Below the pieces are notes generated by a model. It did no database searches and was not told the DNA's origin. It saw only the letters and a list, made by a program, of their open reading frames with translations. From the NCBI RefSeq assembly GCF_018350175.1, contig NC_058382.1, positions 57,786,001-57,850,000 of the forward strand: a stretch of DNA of 64,000 bases, written 5' to 3'. A program made the position numbers and the translations under genes. Origin of the DNA: Felis catus (Eukaryota). Positions 23,623 through 36,499 of the stretch are shown here, one piece after another; the stretch's first letter is position 1; each line of letters starts with the position of its first letter.

Positions 23623-26600
23623 ACACCGGCCGCCTTGGACCCGCAGGGGCTCCACGCAGGTGTCACCAAAGTGCATCTTGGTTTGACTGTGCCACGCTTT
23701 TAAAAGCCTACCACGGCCCCCAAAGTGATTTAATGGAAACAGAATGAAATATTTATGTACGGTTGAGCCAATTAAGATATCAGACCAAGAAAACATAAGC
23801 TAAGAGGCCTCGCCATGCTTACTACTGTTTCTTTTTTCTTTCTAATTCTGTACTTTGCTGAACTTTTCTTGCCACTACAAAAGTAATTTAGGCTCGCTGC
23901 ACTTTTGTGTTTTGAAAGGATGAGGGTCCAAGTTTGCAGACTCGGGGGGACGGTCCCCCTTCCTGAGAAGGAGGAAGCAACAGTGGGGCAGGGGGTCTAT
24001 GGAAAACCCTGGAGATGGGCTGAAGCTAAAGCCGTTTACACCCCACAGCACTGTTTTCTGAGCAAAGAGTAACCAGTGGGCTGTGGGTGTTACAAGTGCA
24101 GGAAGCCACTGAGATCGGGGAACGGCTGCTGCAGGGAGAGCAGCCGAGCAAGTGGTGGGCCCACGAGGTGCCGCAGACCCCCACTTTCTAGCAACGTGAC
24201 GGGACCGCTTTGCTCTGCCGTCCAAGAGCCCAGCTCAGCACCCAAAGGCTTACGCGGGGCTGGAGAGTAGCCGCGAGGACCGATGATTCGATGGAAAACC
24301 AGGTGTCCAACAGGTGTCAAAGGCAAGGCCTGAGCTGAAATGACCCGTTGTGGAATGCACGAGGAAGGGGAGAAGCCTGACAAGCCAGTTGGCAGAAAAT
24401 TCTAAGGAGCTGGAGGTCCTGGTGAGACTAAGAACCGGGTTTGGAGGAAGTGACAAGGTGGCCAGGTCGGACGGAGGCTGGATCAGCAGGGCAGCTCCAA
24501 GAGCTCAGCAGAGGGGCCCTTCGGGATAAAAATAAGTTCCAGCACGTGGCTGTGCAAACAGGCTGCGACCTGAAAGGACGTGAAGGGAAAGGTCTAGCAC
24601 GTCTGTCCCGGGGCATCAACCTTCATCCTGGATGCTAAGTGAGCCAGGGTGGAGCGGAGGACTATAGGCCGTAGAGTCGTAGCTGGACTTGCTGAAAGAA
24701 GGAAAGAATGGGGTGGCCACATAACGTGCTGTAGTGTATTTATGGCAATTACGTTCTCGAACGTTCTTCCATCATTTTGCAATCGTGAAAGATTTAGTTC
24801 GTGCTTTCAAACCCTACCAATAATGTAGGCTGTACAAAACCACTATCTTCTCAAATTATTGAATCCAAAGACAGAATATTAACATTTAAGGGGGAAAAAA
24901 CCCAACAGAACATTAAGCCAAGTAAGGCCAAGTCTCAATAATATGCTGGCACATTATGCACACTGGGACAAGTAAACTTATTTAAGGTTTCTAGGAAGGT
25001 CTTCGACACTAAAATACATAACCGCTCTAGAACAGGCCTTGGGTGCTGCCGATCAAAGATGGCAAATGGAGAAACGCACCCACCAGGAGCCAATCTCATG
25101 GGTGCAGGGGGATGGTGCTGGGTTTTCCTTCCTTTCCACGGGCCACGCTTCAGTCTCTTACTGGGTCCTCCTCTTTGTAGGTGCCTCGGTGGCGGTGCTC
25201 AGGCTCAGCCCTGGGTTTTCCCTTTGTCTCCGCTCTCTCTAAAGGATCTTCTGGGCTCTCAGGCCCACGAACACTGCTGCTAATGATACGCATATCTGGG
25301 AAGCTCCGAAACGAACCGTACATCACTGAGTAGATCCTCCCCAACAACCCCCTCCGCCCACCAAACCCTTACGGACCTTCGCAGCTCCGTAGGGCGTACC
25401 TCCTCCAGTTGTCAAGGTCAAAACATAGGAGTCACTCTTCACTGAACTCTTCCCCCACCTGCCCCCCCCCCACCTCTTCACATCGAACCCTCCAGCAAGT
25501 CCTGCGGGCGCCATCTCCAAAACCAGCCCAAATCTGCCCTCTTCCACCTCCTGCCCAGCCAAACCACGGCCACGAGCCCTCCCCCAGGCAGTCCGCAGGG
25601 CGGCTCCCCAGCACTCCCGGTCGGTCTCTCCCGTCACTGCCTCCCTCACCCCACGGCCCACCCCGAATAAGGTTTCACAGATACAAATCGGATCACACTC
25701 CTCCCTTACTTAAGACCACCCAACGAGGGGCTCTGCCGTTAGAGTAACATCCAAAGGCCTCCCTGTGGTCTAAAGCTCTACCTGACCTGGAGCCTGCTGA
25801 CCTCCCCGCCTCGCGGGCCGCCACATGCCCTGCAATGTCCCGGCACACCCCCGGGACGCTGCGCACCCTGCACCTGTCTGTGCAGTGCGCTGAGGGGCAA
25901 GGAGCGTGCCCGAGAAGACTCAGGGACACGGAGGAGAGGCGGTGGGATCTGGCCGGGGTGGGGGAGGCGGGGGCGCGGTCAGGAGTCTGGGAGCCTTGCG
26001 AAAAGCAGTCGGGGAGACGTGCGGAAGGGTTGAGGGGAGAGAGAGAGAAGGGGAGGAGGGGAGAATCCCACGCTTCTGGGGGAATCTCCATTTCCAGGGT
26101 GTCATCCTGAGCACGGGCTGGATGAGGTGGCCTCAAGGACGCGCCCACCGATATCCCAGAGGTTTCACGGTTATCCCTGCGCGAGAGCCACAGCCTGTCT
26201 CCGACAGCTTTTTCTAAAGATCCCAAAAAGGTAAACGAACCCTCGGGAATTCTAAATCCAGAGACACAAAGAACACCAGAGTTCCAAACCTCTCTTAGGT
26301 GTCCTGTCCCAGGGAACGGCTGGACCTGAACCAGGCTGGCGAATCCCAGCCTCTTTCCACATCTTCCTAAATGGGGGTTCCTTGTTTAACATGACGTGAA
26401 CTCCTGCAACATCAGACTCGCCCAAATCCAAAACACTGGGAACATCTGACGTGCTAACGTAGCTAGCTCTCAGTTGCAAATTAACGACAATGAAAGATAT
26501 CAGAAAGGCCAATCACTACGCACCCCCCGTGCACCCCGGAACTTTACATACATCATTACCTTGAAGCCGGCCGCTAGCCTAAGAGCAAGGCCCTAATATG

Positions 26601-27992
26601 AGCTCACTTCAGGCACGAACAGATGCAGCCTTACAGCTACAGTAACCCGCCCGAGCTCACAGCCAGTGAAGGGCGGACGTGGGACCGTTCTGACTCCAAA
26701 GCCCATGCTCTTCCGTTAAAATACACCGCCTCCCAGAGCACTTGGTGTTAGAAAACGCATTCTGTAACGAATAAATTGAATTAGGGAATATGGAACTCTA
26801 AGAATTCAAAACATCTCAACACAGAACTGATACTGTAAGAGCCTGTCTCGAGAGACACTGGCGGCCTCTCTATCTTGCCTGCCCCCTGTTTACTGGGTGC
26901 TGTAAACAAACAGCACCCTTTCCGAAGCACCAGCTAAACACAGAGCCCTCCTCTCCTCCCACGTACCGGGAGCACTCCTCAGGCAACCGGTATTTATTAA
27001 GTCCCTTTCGCCCTCTAGACACACAACCCCTCCACCCCTCCCTACAGGCTCGAGGACACCTCCTGCTTAGGGCTCGGCCCCTTCTCTTCTCACCTTTCCC
27101 ACCACCAAGTTTAGGCACCTCGCCTCCGGCAGGTGCCTCTGCAGAATCCTAATCTCCACGGTCGGTCGCGAGGTCCAGCCACCCTCCATGCAGCTGCAGG
27201 AGTCATCACCAAACATCACCCGGTGCGTCAGAGTCAGTCTGGTCCAAAACCTTTCAGCCTTGCCCATGGCATTCAAGGCCCCACTGAATCTGGCTCCCCT
27301 TCCTTTCCAGGCGTGGTGCTCACACTCTCTTCCACACGGCGCATATGCCGGTTCCCTCACGATGCCCTCTTACCCCTCTGTGCTTCTGTTCCTGCTGTCT
27401 CCTCCAAGTTGAGGACTCTCACCCTCTGCTCAGCCAAATTACCCATTGATCAAGCACTTACCAAGCCCCCGCTACATACAGGGGATTGTAGGATGACGTA
27501 ATTGTTTTCCAAACTCTAAGATGCTGTGCCAACGTGAGGCATTATCTTGGGCCCATTAGGATCTGGATTTTATTAGACAATAGGATTCTAACAAGGTTTT
27601 CCAAGGATGGAATAAAACTCAGTGGTAAGCAGAGCTAAGATTAGCAAGACAAAGACATGTTTGTAGACAGAGGCAAAGCAGTCAGTGAAAGAGAAAAAAA
27701 ATCAGAGAGGCAAAAGTAAGAGGAAATGACTGAATGCCGGTCCCGAAACAGGCTGACCAAAGAACAGACACAGAGTTAATGGGACGAGGGATTCTCTCTT
27801 CCTCAGAGGTAAAGGAAAGAAAAAGACTGGTGGACACTGGGAGATATTTTAGCTAGAAAAAAAAATCAAGGTTGAGCGAATTCTCCCAGTGGCCTCTGTC
27901 TCCTCCGTGCTCCAGAAGGTAGCCATTCGTCAGTGGTAAAGCAAAAGAGTGTATTTTTAAGTAGAAAGGGACCATGAAAGAAGGAAGGGTCC

Positions 27993-28556
27993 TGTGTAAT
28001 AAAAAGTTTAACCTTGCCCAAAAGGAGGTCGGGCCCTTGTCCTCGGCTGACAGTCTGATTTCGGGTGGGAGCTGGCCACGCCATTGAGACCGACAAGGTG
28101 GTTCCGAGGGGGGCTCTGGGGCACGCAGCATCAGCATGGCAATTGATGAATCACCCAATTATGCTTATGAAAGGGAACCCCAAAGAAGACTCGAAACACC
28201 ACGGCTCCTCTGAGTTTCCCTGGCTGGGAGTGCCCCGCGCGCGCGAGCCGTCCCATCCATGCGAGGAATGTGACACATTCTGGATCCGAGAGAGAAGACC
28301 CGAGCTTCACCCTGGCTCCTTCCTCAGACTCTGAGCCAGAAGCCTCTTCCCTTGGCTGATTTTAATCTTTACCTTTTACTTGTAAAAAAGCCTCGACTGT
28401 GCCCTAACAGCTTTCAGCAAGTTCCGCGAGCCCTTCTCAATAACAATCAAAACTGAAGGGGGTTTTGAGAACCCCAAAACTTGCAGCTGGTGTCAGAAGC
28501 GAGGGTGGTCCGACAGGACTGTTCCCTCTAAACTCTGGAAGTGACCCACTCTCACA
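27993..28556 (+). mobile_element. Solo LTR, MER21/MER77-like
   Basis: TG...CA ends; start tgtgtaataaaaagtttaaccttgcccaaaaggagg and internal gctggtgtcagaag resemble the recalled family. Confidence 0.65.
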
Positions 28557-28729
28557 GTCGACCTAAACACGTCTCAGATGCCGCAGCTGAATGGTCATGC
28601 GGCCAGTTGTGAATACTGACCCTGGACACTGGCTTTGGGGACACAAGGGAGTACAATGAGTGTTCACACTTTACGCTCTGCTCTAGTGTTTGACTTTTTA
28701 TACAAAATAAACTGTATTATTTAAGTTAA

Positions 28730-28870
28730 CTTACTATTTTTTTGAGAGTGATAGAGAGTGGGGGAGGGGCAGAAACAGAGGGAGGCTCGAGCTCACGAGC
28801 GGTGACATCGTGACCGGAGCTGAAACCAAGAGTCGGACGCTTCACCGACTGAACCACCCAGACACCCCGA
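28730..28870 (-). mobile_element. Internally deleted carnivore SINE
   Basis: Reverse-complement head (gtcggacgcttcaccgactgaaccacccag) and (GA)-rich part. Confidence 0.8.
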
Positions 28871-30449
28871 GCTGTATTATTTTTATAATTAAAAACACCG
28901 TTTTTAAGGAACACAATCCCTAGGAGCCACTTCCGGAAAATTATCCGGTAGATAATCTGTAGACTTGCCCCGCCCGCAGGGGAGCCGGGAAGCTCTCAGA
29001 TCATCAGTTCATTCCAAACACATTAGGTTCCAATGCAAACTTATTTCTAGTCCCACTGCCTCAAGTTACGGAAAACGATACTATCGGTAAGAGTCTTGAG
29101 CCTGCAGGTAACACTTTCAGTAAGAAAGCAGAAACGTATCCATACTTTTGACTGAATCCAGACTGCCCTTAACGAAGTTCCTTTTCGTGCTGTTCCTGCT
29201 AACACCTGTCCTTTTCTAGAAAGGGATTTCTGCTTTTATCGTGGATGGATTAGCACGGCGGCAACGATCCAGTTTGCTCCCTGTAACCTGAGGCAGGCTC
29301 TGAGCCACTGGTGGCAGGAATATTTCTGTACACGTTTTACGCCCTCTGCTGTGAGCCGAGACATCCGTGCGAAGAGTTCCTTCCGATGGCTGTCGAATGA
29401 CTTCTTTACGAAGCTACCTTTCGCGTCATCTTGTCCTCAAAAGTCAAGGTGAACCCACCGGTCTGACTCCCAGAAATACACAACGCCCAACTAACCTCAA
29501 TAACCCGAACCCTTCTACCTCGAACACCTCCCAGGGTGTTCAAGGAATGCAATTCAACGCTTCTGTTCCACCCCGTTTGTTCAAATACCCCAAGAGCTTT
29601 TCCCTTTAGTCGAGTTCTGACCCCCTAACCAGCAAGCTTAACAAGGTGACCTCTTAAAAGGTGACTGTAGGTGAGTTCAGGTTGTAAAACAAAGAAATGA
29701 AACTCCTCGTCTGTGAGGGGAAGAGTGTAGGGAGAACTGTGTATCGATCCAGGTTTCTAGACCACCTGACACGGTAAGAGTAAAATAGATTCAAATAGAT
29801 ACATACATGAGCAGCACGGACAGACACTAAGCAGACTCGCTGCAAAACTGGTCACGAAAGGAAGCATAATGAGTTGGTTACTGGTAAGCTAGCAAAGTGT
29901 GTCGGTCCAACAGCAGAGAGACTTAGTTCCAGCAGCAATGACGCCTCGGGAGGGATGAACCTTGGCTGCAAGAAAAGACGCAGACGTTGTCCTGAAGGCT
30001 GACCTGATCGCCCCAGATGCCCAGTCCGGCAACCACCCCCCCAGCCAAAGATCGTTGATCGGGGGAAGGGAAGATCATCAGGAAGATGGGCGAAGAATGA
30101 GAGAATAATTCAAACTTTTCAGAAAGAAGGGGGGAACAGGAGCATTCGCGAAGCCACGGGCGAAGTTCAAGAAAGCCCTTTGTAATGCCTGGCTATAAAG
30201 CACTCTTTACAGGTTACAGAAAGGTTTTATAGCCACTCTCCCTTTTGGCTCTAACAACAACCCCGTTATTAGTTTATGAGAGGGGGAAACCGCGGCTCGG
30301 GAGAGCTAAGTGTCACGCCCAAGGTCAGGCGAAAACCTGGGGCTGCGATTCGGGCCGTATCCCGAGAGATCAAGAGTGACAGGAGACACCTGGAAGGGAA
30401 GGCAAGCGCAGGCACAGAGGTGGCACAGAGGTGCCCCCGAGGAGCTCGG

Positions 30450-31340
30450 GAAGGTCGCAGAAGCGCGGCGTCCGGAGGAGAGGGCGCAGGGGGGCCGAAG
30501 GAAGGGCGGGCCGGGGACAGGGAGTGGCCGGGAGGCCGGGGTGTGAGCAGCCCGCCCGGCCCCGGCCCGGCCCGCCGCACTCACCCGAGGCCCGGGCGGG
30601 GTCGCCCGGCGCTGCGGCTCCTCCCGGCCTGCGGCGGCGGCGGCGGCGACTGCAGCGGCCGAGGCAGGGACGCATCATGCGGCCGCGCTCATGGCCGGGC
30701 CGGAGCGGGCCCCGCGGCTCGGCTCGGGCACGTCCCGCCGGCCCGGTCTGAGGGAGGCAGCCGCCGAGCGGACACGAGAGCGCAGAGCCCTGCCTGGGGA
30801 GCCGGGCGGCGCGACCCCCGGAAGTGAACCCCGCGGGGTCAGCGGCGCCGCGCTTGCGCAGTTCCGGCCGCGCCGCTCGGGCCGCGGAGAGGGCGCGGGA
30901 GGCGATTGGTGGGGGCTCGGAAGCCGCGGTCGTCGTGGAGCCGAGAGGCGTAAGGGCTAACAGTTTTCTGCCGCAGGCAGCTCGCAGCCGAAAGCTCCTC
31001 TCGCCAAAATCAAAACTCCATCCAAAGGGACGTGCGGAAGGGAAAGGATGGGGGCTACGGGCCGCCGCACGGTCCAAGCCGCGCCGTCAGGCTGTCAACC
31101 TCGGTGGAGCGCTCTCGTCCCGGAGGCCGCGGGGGCGGCCCAGAGCCAACTTTAGGTGTGGCTTGTACAGCCTGCGGAGCGAGAACTCAGAAAATGGGGA
31201 AATGGAGGAGCGGGGGTGGAAACGATTGGGCCGGAAAGCGCGTGGGGAGAAGGGGAAGCGCCCTGGACTGGGGGCTGCTGGGGTCCGCTGCGCCTCCGGA
31301 CCCCGCTCTGAGCATCCCAGCGATTCCCTCCGGACGATAG
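30450..31340 (-). promoter_or_regulatory. ZDHHC7: ZDHHC7 CpG-island promoter without an evident TATA box
   Basis: Very high CpG density; ETS/GABP motif CCGGAAGTG at 30818-30826, NRF1-type GCGCTTGCGCA at 30850-30860, CCAAT box (plus-strand ATTGG) at 30905-30909. Confidence 0.9.
30585..30826 (-). other. ZDHHC7: ZDHHC7 non-coding exon 1 (start site approximate)
   Basis: Lies inside the CpG island; donor CGG|GTGAGT at 30585/30584. The 5' end is inferred near the ETS motif CACTTCCGG. Confidence 0.8.
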
Positions 31341-32729
31341 GTCCTAAGTGCTTTGAAGGTAGACACATGCTTTATTTCTTTGACTTTCCTATAGTATTGG
31401 GGGCGACTTCCGCAGGGCTGGGAAGTAGGTGCTCAGTGTTTGTTCTTAAACTGGTAAGTGCTTGCTAAATCGTTGTAAGATTAATGACAGCCGAAATGAC
31501 AGCCAAGGGATCTATCAGAATCTCCCTGTGTGCAAGCCACCTTCTCGCCATTTACCATCCTTGCTTCCAGAAAGTCACTCCGGCTAACCTTTTGGAAGTA
31601 AGGGTGGGGGATGCATTTAAAAGTTGAAACTTTTGTTACTGTATCTTGTACCTCTGTATTCAGAATGGGGCTGTGAATTTAGTTCACCCTCTCTGAGCTG
31701 CCCATCTCCTGCTGTCTTAGGTTTGGGATTTGTTTCCACAAGGGAGGAAAGTGAGTGAGGCCTTCAGTCAGTGACCAATTCTTTTTGCATGGGCTGAAAG
31801 AAAGGATGATTATCTTTGAATAACACCGTGACAGCAAGCGGGCCTGTGCTTGGGATATCTTTGTTATGAGCCGAGTTAAAAGAATAGGGCTTTTAAAAAA
31901 AGAAAGTTTGCTTAACAGATGCGGAACTGGCTTGAACTTTCACCAGACAGAGTTGACTTTATGCCTCATATCTATGGACAAGAATCATTGGCATCGCCTC
32001 TGCAGCCTGTAAAGTCATAAATAACTTAAAGAAAGGAGAAGACCCCAAGGAACCAGATAACCCAGAAGGGTGTGCCAGACGATGTCTAGTGTTCATTGAA
32101 GACGCCTAATAATCTTTTTGGTCCATTTCAGAGTCTGTCACAAAAAAAGTGGAGGGTAGAGGGATCCCCACCCCATAATTCTTCTGATAGCCCCCAACTT
32201 GTTTATATTGCCTATGCTTTTAATCCTGGCGTATCTTGCGTATCATAACTTTGACGGTGCGCCGCTTTCCTAAAGGAAATGGCACGATAAAAGCATCCAT
32301 TAAAATATTTAACAGTATTTAGCAGCAGTTGGTAAAAACAATCAACTGTTATCAAGGGTTCTGTTTTGTTTTGTTTTGTTTTGTTTTTTAATCTCGACAG
32401 AATTGGCATGTTTTTTCAAAAGGTCTTCTGCGAGTCATTTCCCCTCTCCAAGCCTCAGGGTTTTTTTGTTTGTTTATCTCTAAAATAGGAGATTAGATTT
32501 GATTTCTAAGGTTTCTTCCTGTTTTAAGACTGTGGTTCAACACAGAGTGTTAGCCTCTCCCTGATTTCACTGAGGCCCTGGGAGCAGAAAACCTAATATT
32601 TCCCCTTCCCCTTGTAGTGAGAGGAAACTTCCCACCTCCCGGGTCAGTTCTGTTTACGCTTCAGGAGCTAGGTTCCAGCTCACCACCTATCCCAGGAAGC
32701 AGCCCTTTTAAAGTAAAGTCTCCATTCAA

Positions 32730-34320
32730 ACACGTGGAAAGATGCTCGGCCTCATTTGCAGTCCCAAGAATGAATGCAAATCTGAAGTACAAGGAGATGC
32801 CACTTTTCACTTAGTAGGTTTGCAAAGATAAAGGTTCGGGAATGCTCTGTTGGCAAACAGCCCTGACTGATGCAATTGTAAATTGTTCACCTCTTTGCGG
32901 AGCAAGATAGCAATATGAGCCACAAAAATTTGACCCAGCAATTCCCCTCAGGAGTTTCTCCTACAGGTAGCCTTACCCCCGTGCACAAAGCTGTTTGCCC
33001 TGGAGTTCACACGGTAGCACGCTGTAGAAGCAAAAGACTGGCAGTGCCCTGTAAGCCTGTGAATATGTTAGGTAAAATACGTTGCAAAAAAAAAAAAAAT
33101 ACATTGCGCACACAAAAGGGAACATCGTGCTTTACAATTGTAAAAAGGAAATGAGGCGTGTTTTCACGAATTCAGATATCTGGTCTTCAAGCTATATCAG
33201 GTCTATTGTGTGAAACTGCGTGTTCTTGTGTAAGAAAGCAGAGTGGGGAGATACATACGTTTATATGTACGTAGGCTATCCCTGGACGGATACACAAGAA
33301 ATGGGCATGTAACGTATTTTTTTTTTAAGTTTATTTATTTATTTGGAGAGAGAGAGAGAGAGAGCAGGGGAGGGGCAGAGAGAGGGAGAGAGAGGATCCC
33401 AAGCAGGCTCCGCGCTGTCAGCGCAGAGCCCTACTCGGGGCTCGAACTCAACGCAGGGTGGGATCGTGACCTGAGCCGAAATCAAGAGTCGGACACTTAA
33501 CCTACTGAAGCACCCAGGCACCCCTGTGACTTGTGAACTTTCTGGCCGTGTGTTTATTTTTAGAGACACAAAAATATAATTGAACGAGTCAACACGCTCC
33601 AGCAGGTGGGGAGGCACCTCACAGAAGAGACTGGCCAAAACGTGAAAAAAGTGCTTGTTTTCACTAGACGTCCGGGAAACGCAGACTGAAACCACAGGGA
33701 AATGTTTACACACCCACCAACATGGCCGGAATGAAAAAACACCGAGCCCTGGCGAGCACCTGGAATAACTCGGAGCCTCTATCCGCGGTTGGGGGGGTGG
33801 GGGGTGGGGGGGACAGGTAATCGTTAAACTCCCTCCTACGGCACTTGGGAGTATCTGCCGAAGCCGCACGTGCACGGACCTGTGTTCACCGGAAGACACC
33901 TGCCGGACGGTTCACAGCCTAAATGTCCGTGACCGACAGAATGGATAAATGGTGCGTACCCATACAACGAACTACCGTACAAAATAGAGTCCAGTCGCAC
34001 ACACACGTGTTGGGTGAAAGAAGCAATACCTGAGACGGTACGTGCTGCGTGGTTCCATCAATAAAAGGTTCGGACTCCCGGCAAAACTGGTCTTTGGTAT
34101 GGGCAGACGTGGCGGGGCAAGGGTTACCCGCGAGGGGGGGTGCCGGGCTACTAATAAAACTCGGTGTCTTGGTCCCGGTGCCAGCTGTGTGTTCCTCCAG
34201 CTCTTCCGCAAGTAGACAGCGGCAGAGAGAGAAAGAGGCGGGCACTTCCGGAGGTTGTACAGTGGAAAACCAGAGGTTCGTTCTGGAAGGGGGTTTGGGT
34301 TTTGCCTTATGTTTTCCCGC
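32730..34320 (+). mobile_element. Old L1M 3' fragments with a nested minus-strand SINE at about 33323-33524
   Basis: L1-like phrases (gacccagcaattccc, gaatggataaatggtg) plus a clear SINE. Confidence 0.65.
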
Positions 34321-35289
34321 GGGTTCTGTGGTATCGAATGCAACAGCCAGAGTTAGGGAAGCTAGAAAGCTGACCGTCCACAACGCGTGGGTGTTGGATG
34401 AGGCCCCCGGAGTCTCAAGAGCCCGGAGTGGTATGTCCTGAGCTCCTCCGCTCGGGCCACCTCGCCCCCGGCCGTGGGTGGAGCCTGCTGGGGCCCCCGC
34501 TCGGTGGGGAAGGCGAATGCCCAGCCAGTGGATGGGTATGGAGGACCTACTGGGTGCCACACTCTGGGCTCGGGTCTCTGTCGCCTCGATGGCTCTCTCA
34601 TGCCCTTTAGGGCTTCATCCTGTGGCGCCTTCCTCCCTGGAACCCCATCTCAAACTTCCCCCTCCCTGCTTCGCTCCTTGTCATGTGTCCGCTAACGCCA
34701 TGCGTCGTTCACTTCCGGTGCGGTCCATCCCCGGCTGCAGAGCAAGCCTCACGAGAGGCGGGGAGCTCTGTTGCTCTTGTCCGCTAGTGCTTCCCCAGCG
34801 CCCATCAACCAAGAAATGTACATTAAACGAATGAGCGAGCACACTGTGCCTGGCCCCTTTCCTAGAGGAACCAACGGGCTCAGAGAGGTTAAGCGGCGGC
34901 TCAAGGTCACACAGCTAGGAGGGGAAGGGCCAGGAGTCAGACACAGGTCTGTCCTCTTTCCTGCTGGCCTCCCCATAGACTCACCTCAGCCTCACAGCCC
35001 TCCGAAGTTGGTGTGATCCCTTTGCACAGCCGGGGAAACTGAGGCTCAGTTAAGTGATGGCCTAGCAGGGACAGCACAGCTAGCTTGCAGACCTCCTTCT
35101 GTCTGCCTGTGAAGATCCTGTTCCTTAGGCTGTACCACGCTCTCCTAAGGGGGGGTGGGCAGGCCGCACACTAGGATGGGGCTACATGGAGCCCTGCCAC
35201 CTGCCTGCTCCTGCTGCCAGGGCCCAATCACCAACCCGCCTGGAAGCAAGGCCCCGCCCATCCTGCTCATCCTCTCTTTGTCCTGTGGG

Positions 35290-36125
35290 CTCATTCAACA
35301 AGCATTTAAGGATCTACTCCGTGCTTGGCACCTTGTCAGGTGTTGCAGACACGCAAGTGAGCAAAAGCAGACAAAGTCCCTGCCTGTTACAGAGCACATG
35401 GACTGGGCCAATACACAAGTGCACGGTTACAAACAGGCGTGTTCCTATAAAGGCAAAGGACATGATGTGGTAAAAGGGTGCACCTGGGAAGCTGGACTGC
35501 CCCCCCCCGGGGGGGGGGGCACGTGGCTTCCTTTCAGCTGTGATATGCAAGGACACATGGGTATTTGATAAGCAAGGGGGTGTTGGGGGTGGAGGAAGAG
35601 GGTTCCAGGCAAAAGGGTAGGTGGGAGGCCTCAGTAGAGGGCAGCATCGATCCTCTGAAGCTCTGCAAGGGGCCAGTGTGGGGAGGACGGGGTGGGGGGC
35701 AGGGGCACTGGGGGAGACCAGGCTGGAGAGCTTGGAAGGGCCAGGTCATGCTAACAACCAGAAGGATTCTGGCCACATCTGAGGGGCAGTAGGAAGCCAC
35801 TGGAGGTCACATTTGTGGGGTTTTCTTTTTTTAATTTTTATCTTTTAGCGTTTATTTATTTTTGATACAGAGACAGAGCGTGAGTGGGGGAGGGGGCAGA
35901 GAGTTGAAGGGGACACAATCCGAAGCAGGCTCCAGGCTCCCAGCTGTCAGCACAGAGCCGGCCGCGGGGCTGGAACTCACAAACCGCGAGATCACGACCT
36001 GAGCCGAAGTCGGACGCTCAACCGACTGAGCCCCCCGAGGCGCCCCACATTTGTGGTTTTTACAGGTCACTCCAGCTGCCCTGTGCAGAACAGACTGGAG
36101 AAGGGCAAGGATGGAGGCAGGAAAA
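35290..36125 (-). mobile_element. L2 remnant with a nested minus-strand SINE at about 35820-36046
   Basis: tcattcaacaagcattta L2 tail signature; SINE flanked by duplicated cacatttgtgg. Confidence 0.65.
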
Positions 36126-36499
36126 TGTCAGCTCGTAAATGTCAGTGGAGCCATGGAATCAGAACCCTCCACGCTTTGCGGTCGGCGTAGCATCATCATT
36201 AATGGATGCCAAACCCCTGGGTGAAAGTTCATTAGGAAAACAGAATATCTAAATAGCCTAAAAGTATCTTTCCCACAGATGACTAATTATTTACAAAGGG
36301 GAAACGAGAACCTTTACGGTAGGGAAACGTGTCACCGTCCCAACCATGGGTCAAACGGCAGCAGCAGTGATGAGACAGACTGGCGTAGGCACCTCCTGAT
36401 GCAACGACACACATCGGTGCCGCTGCCTGCTGCCCGTACGGTGTTCCCTGACGACAAAGGGGCAGTCGGAGACACCTAAACTGAGAGGCGTCCCATGAG

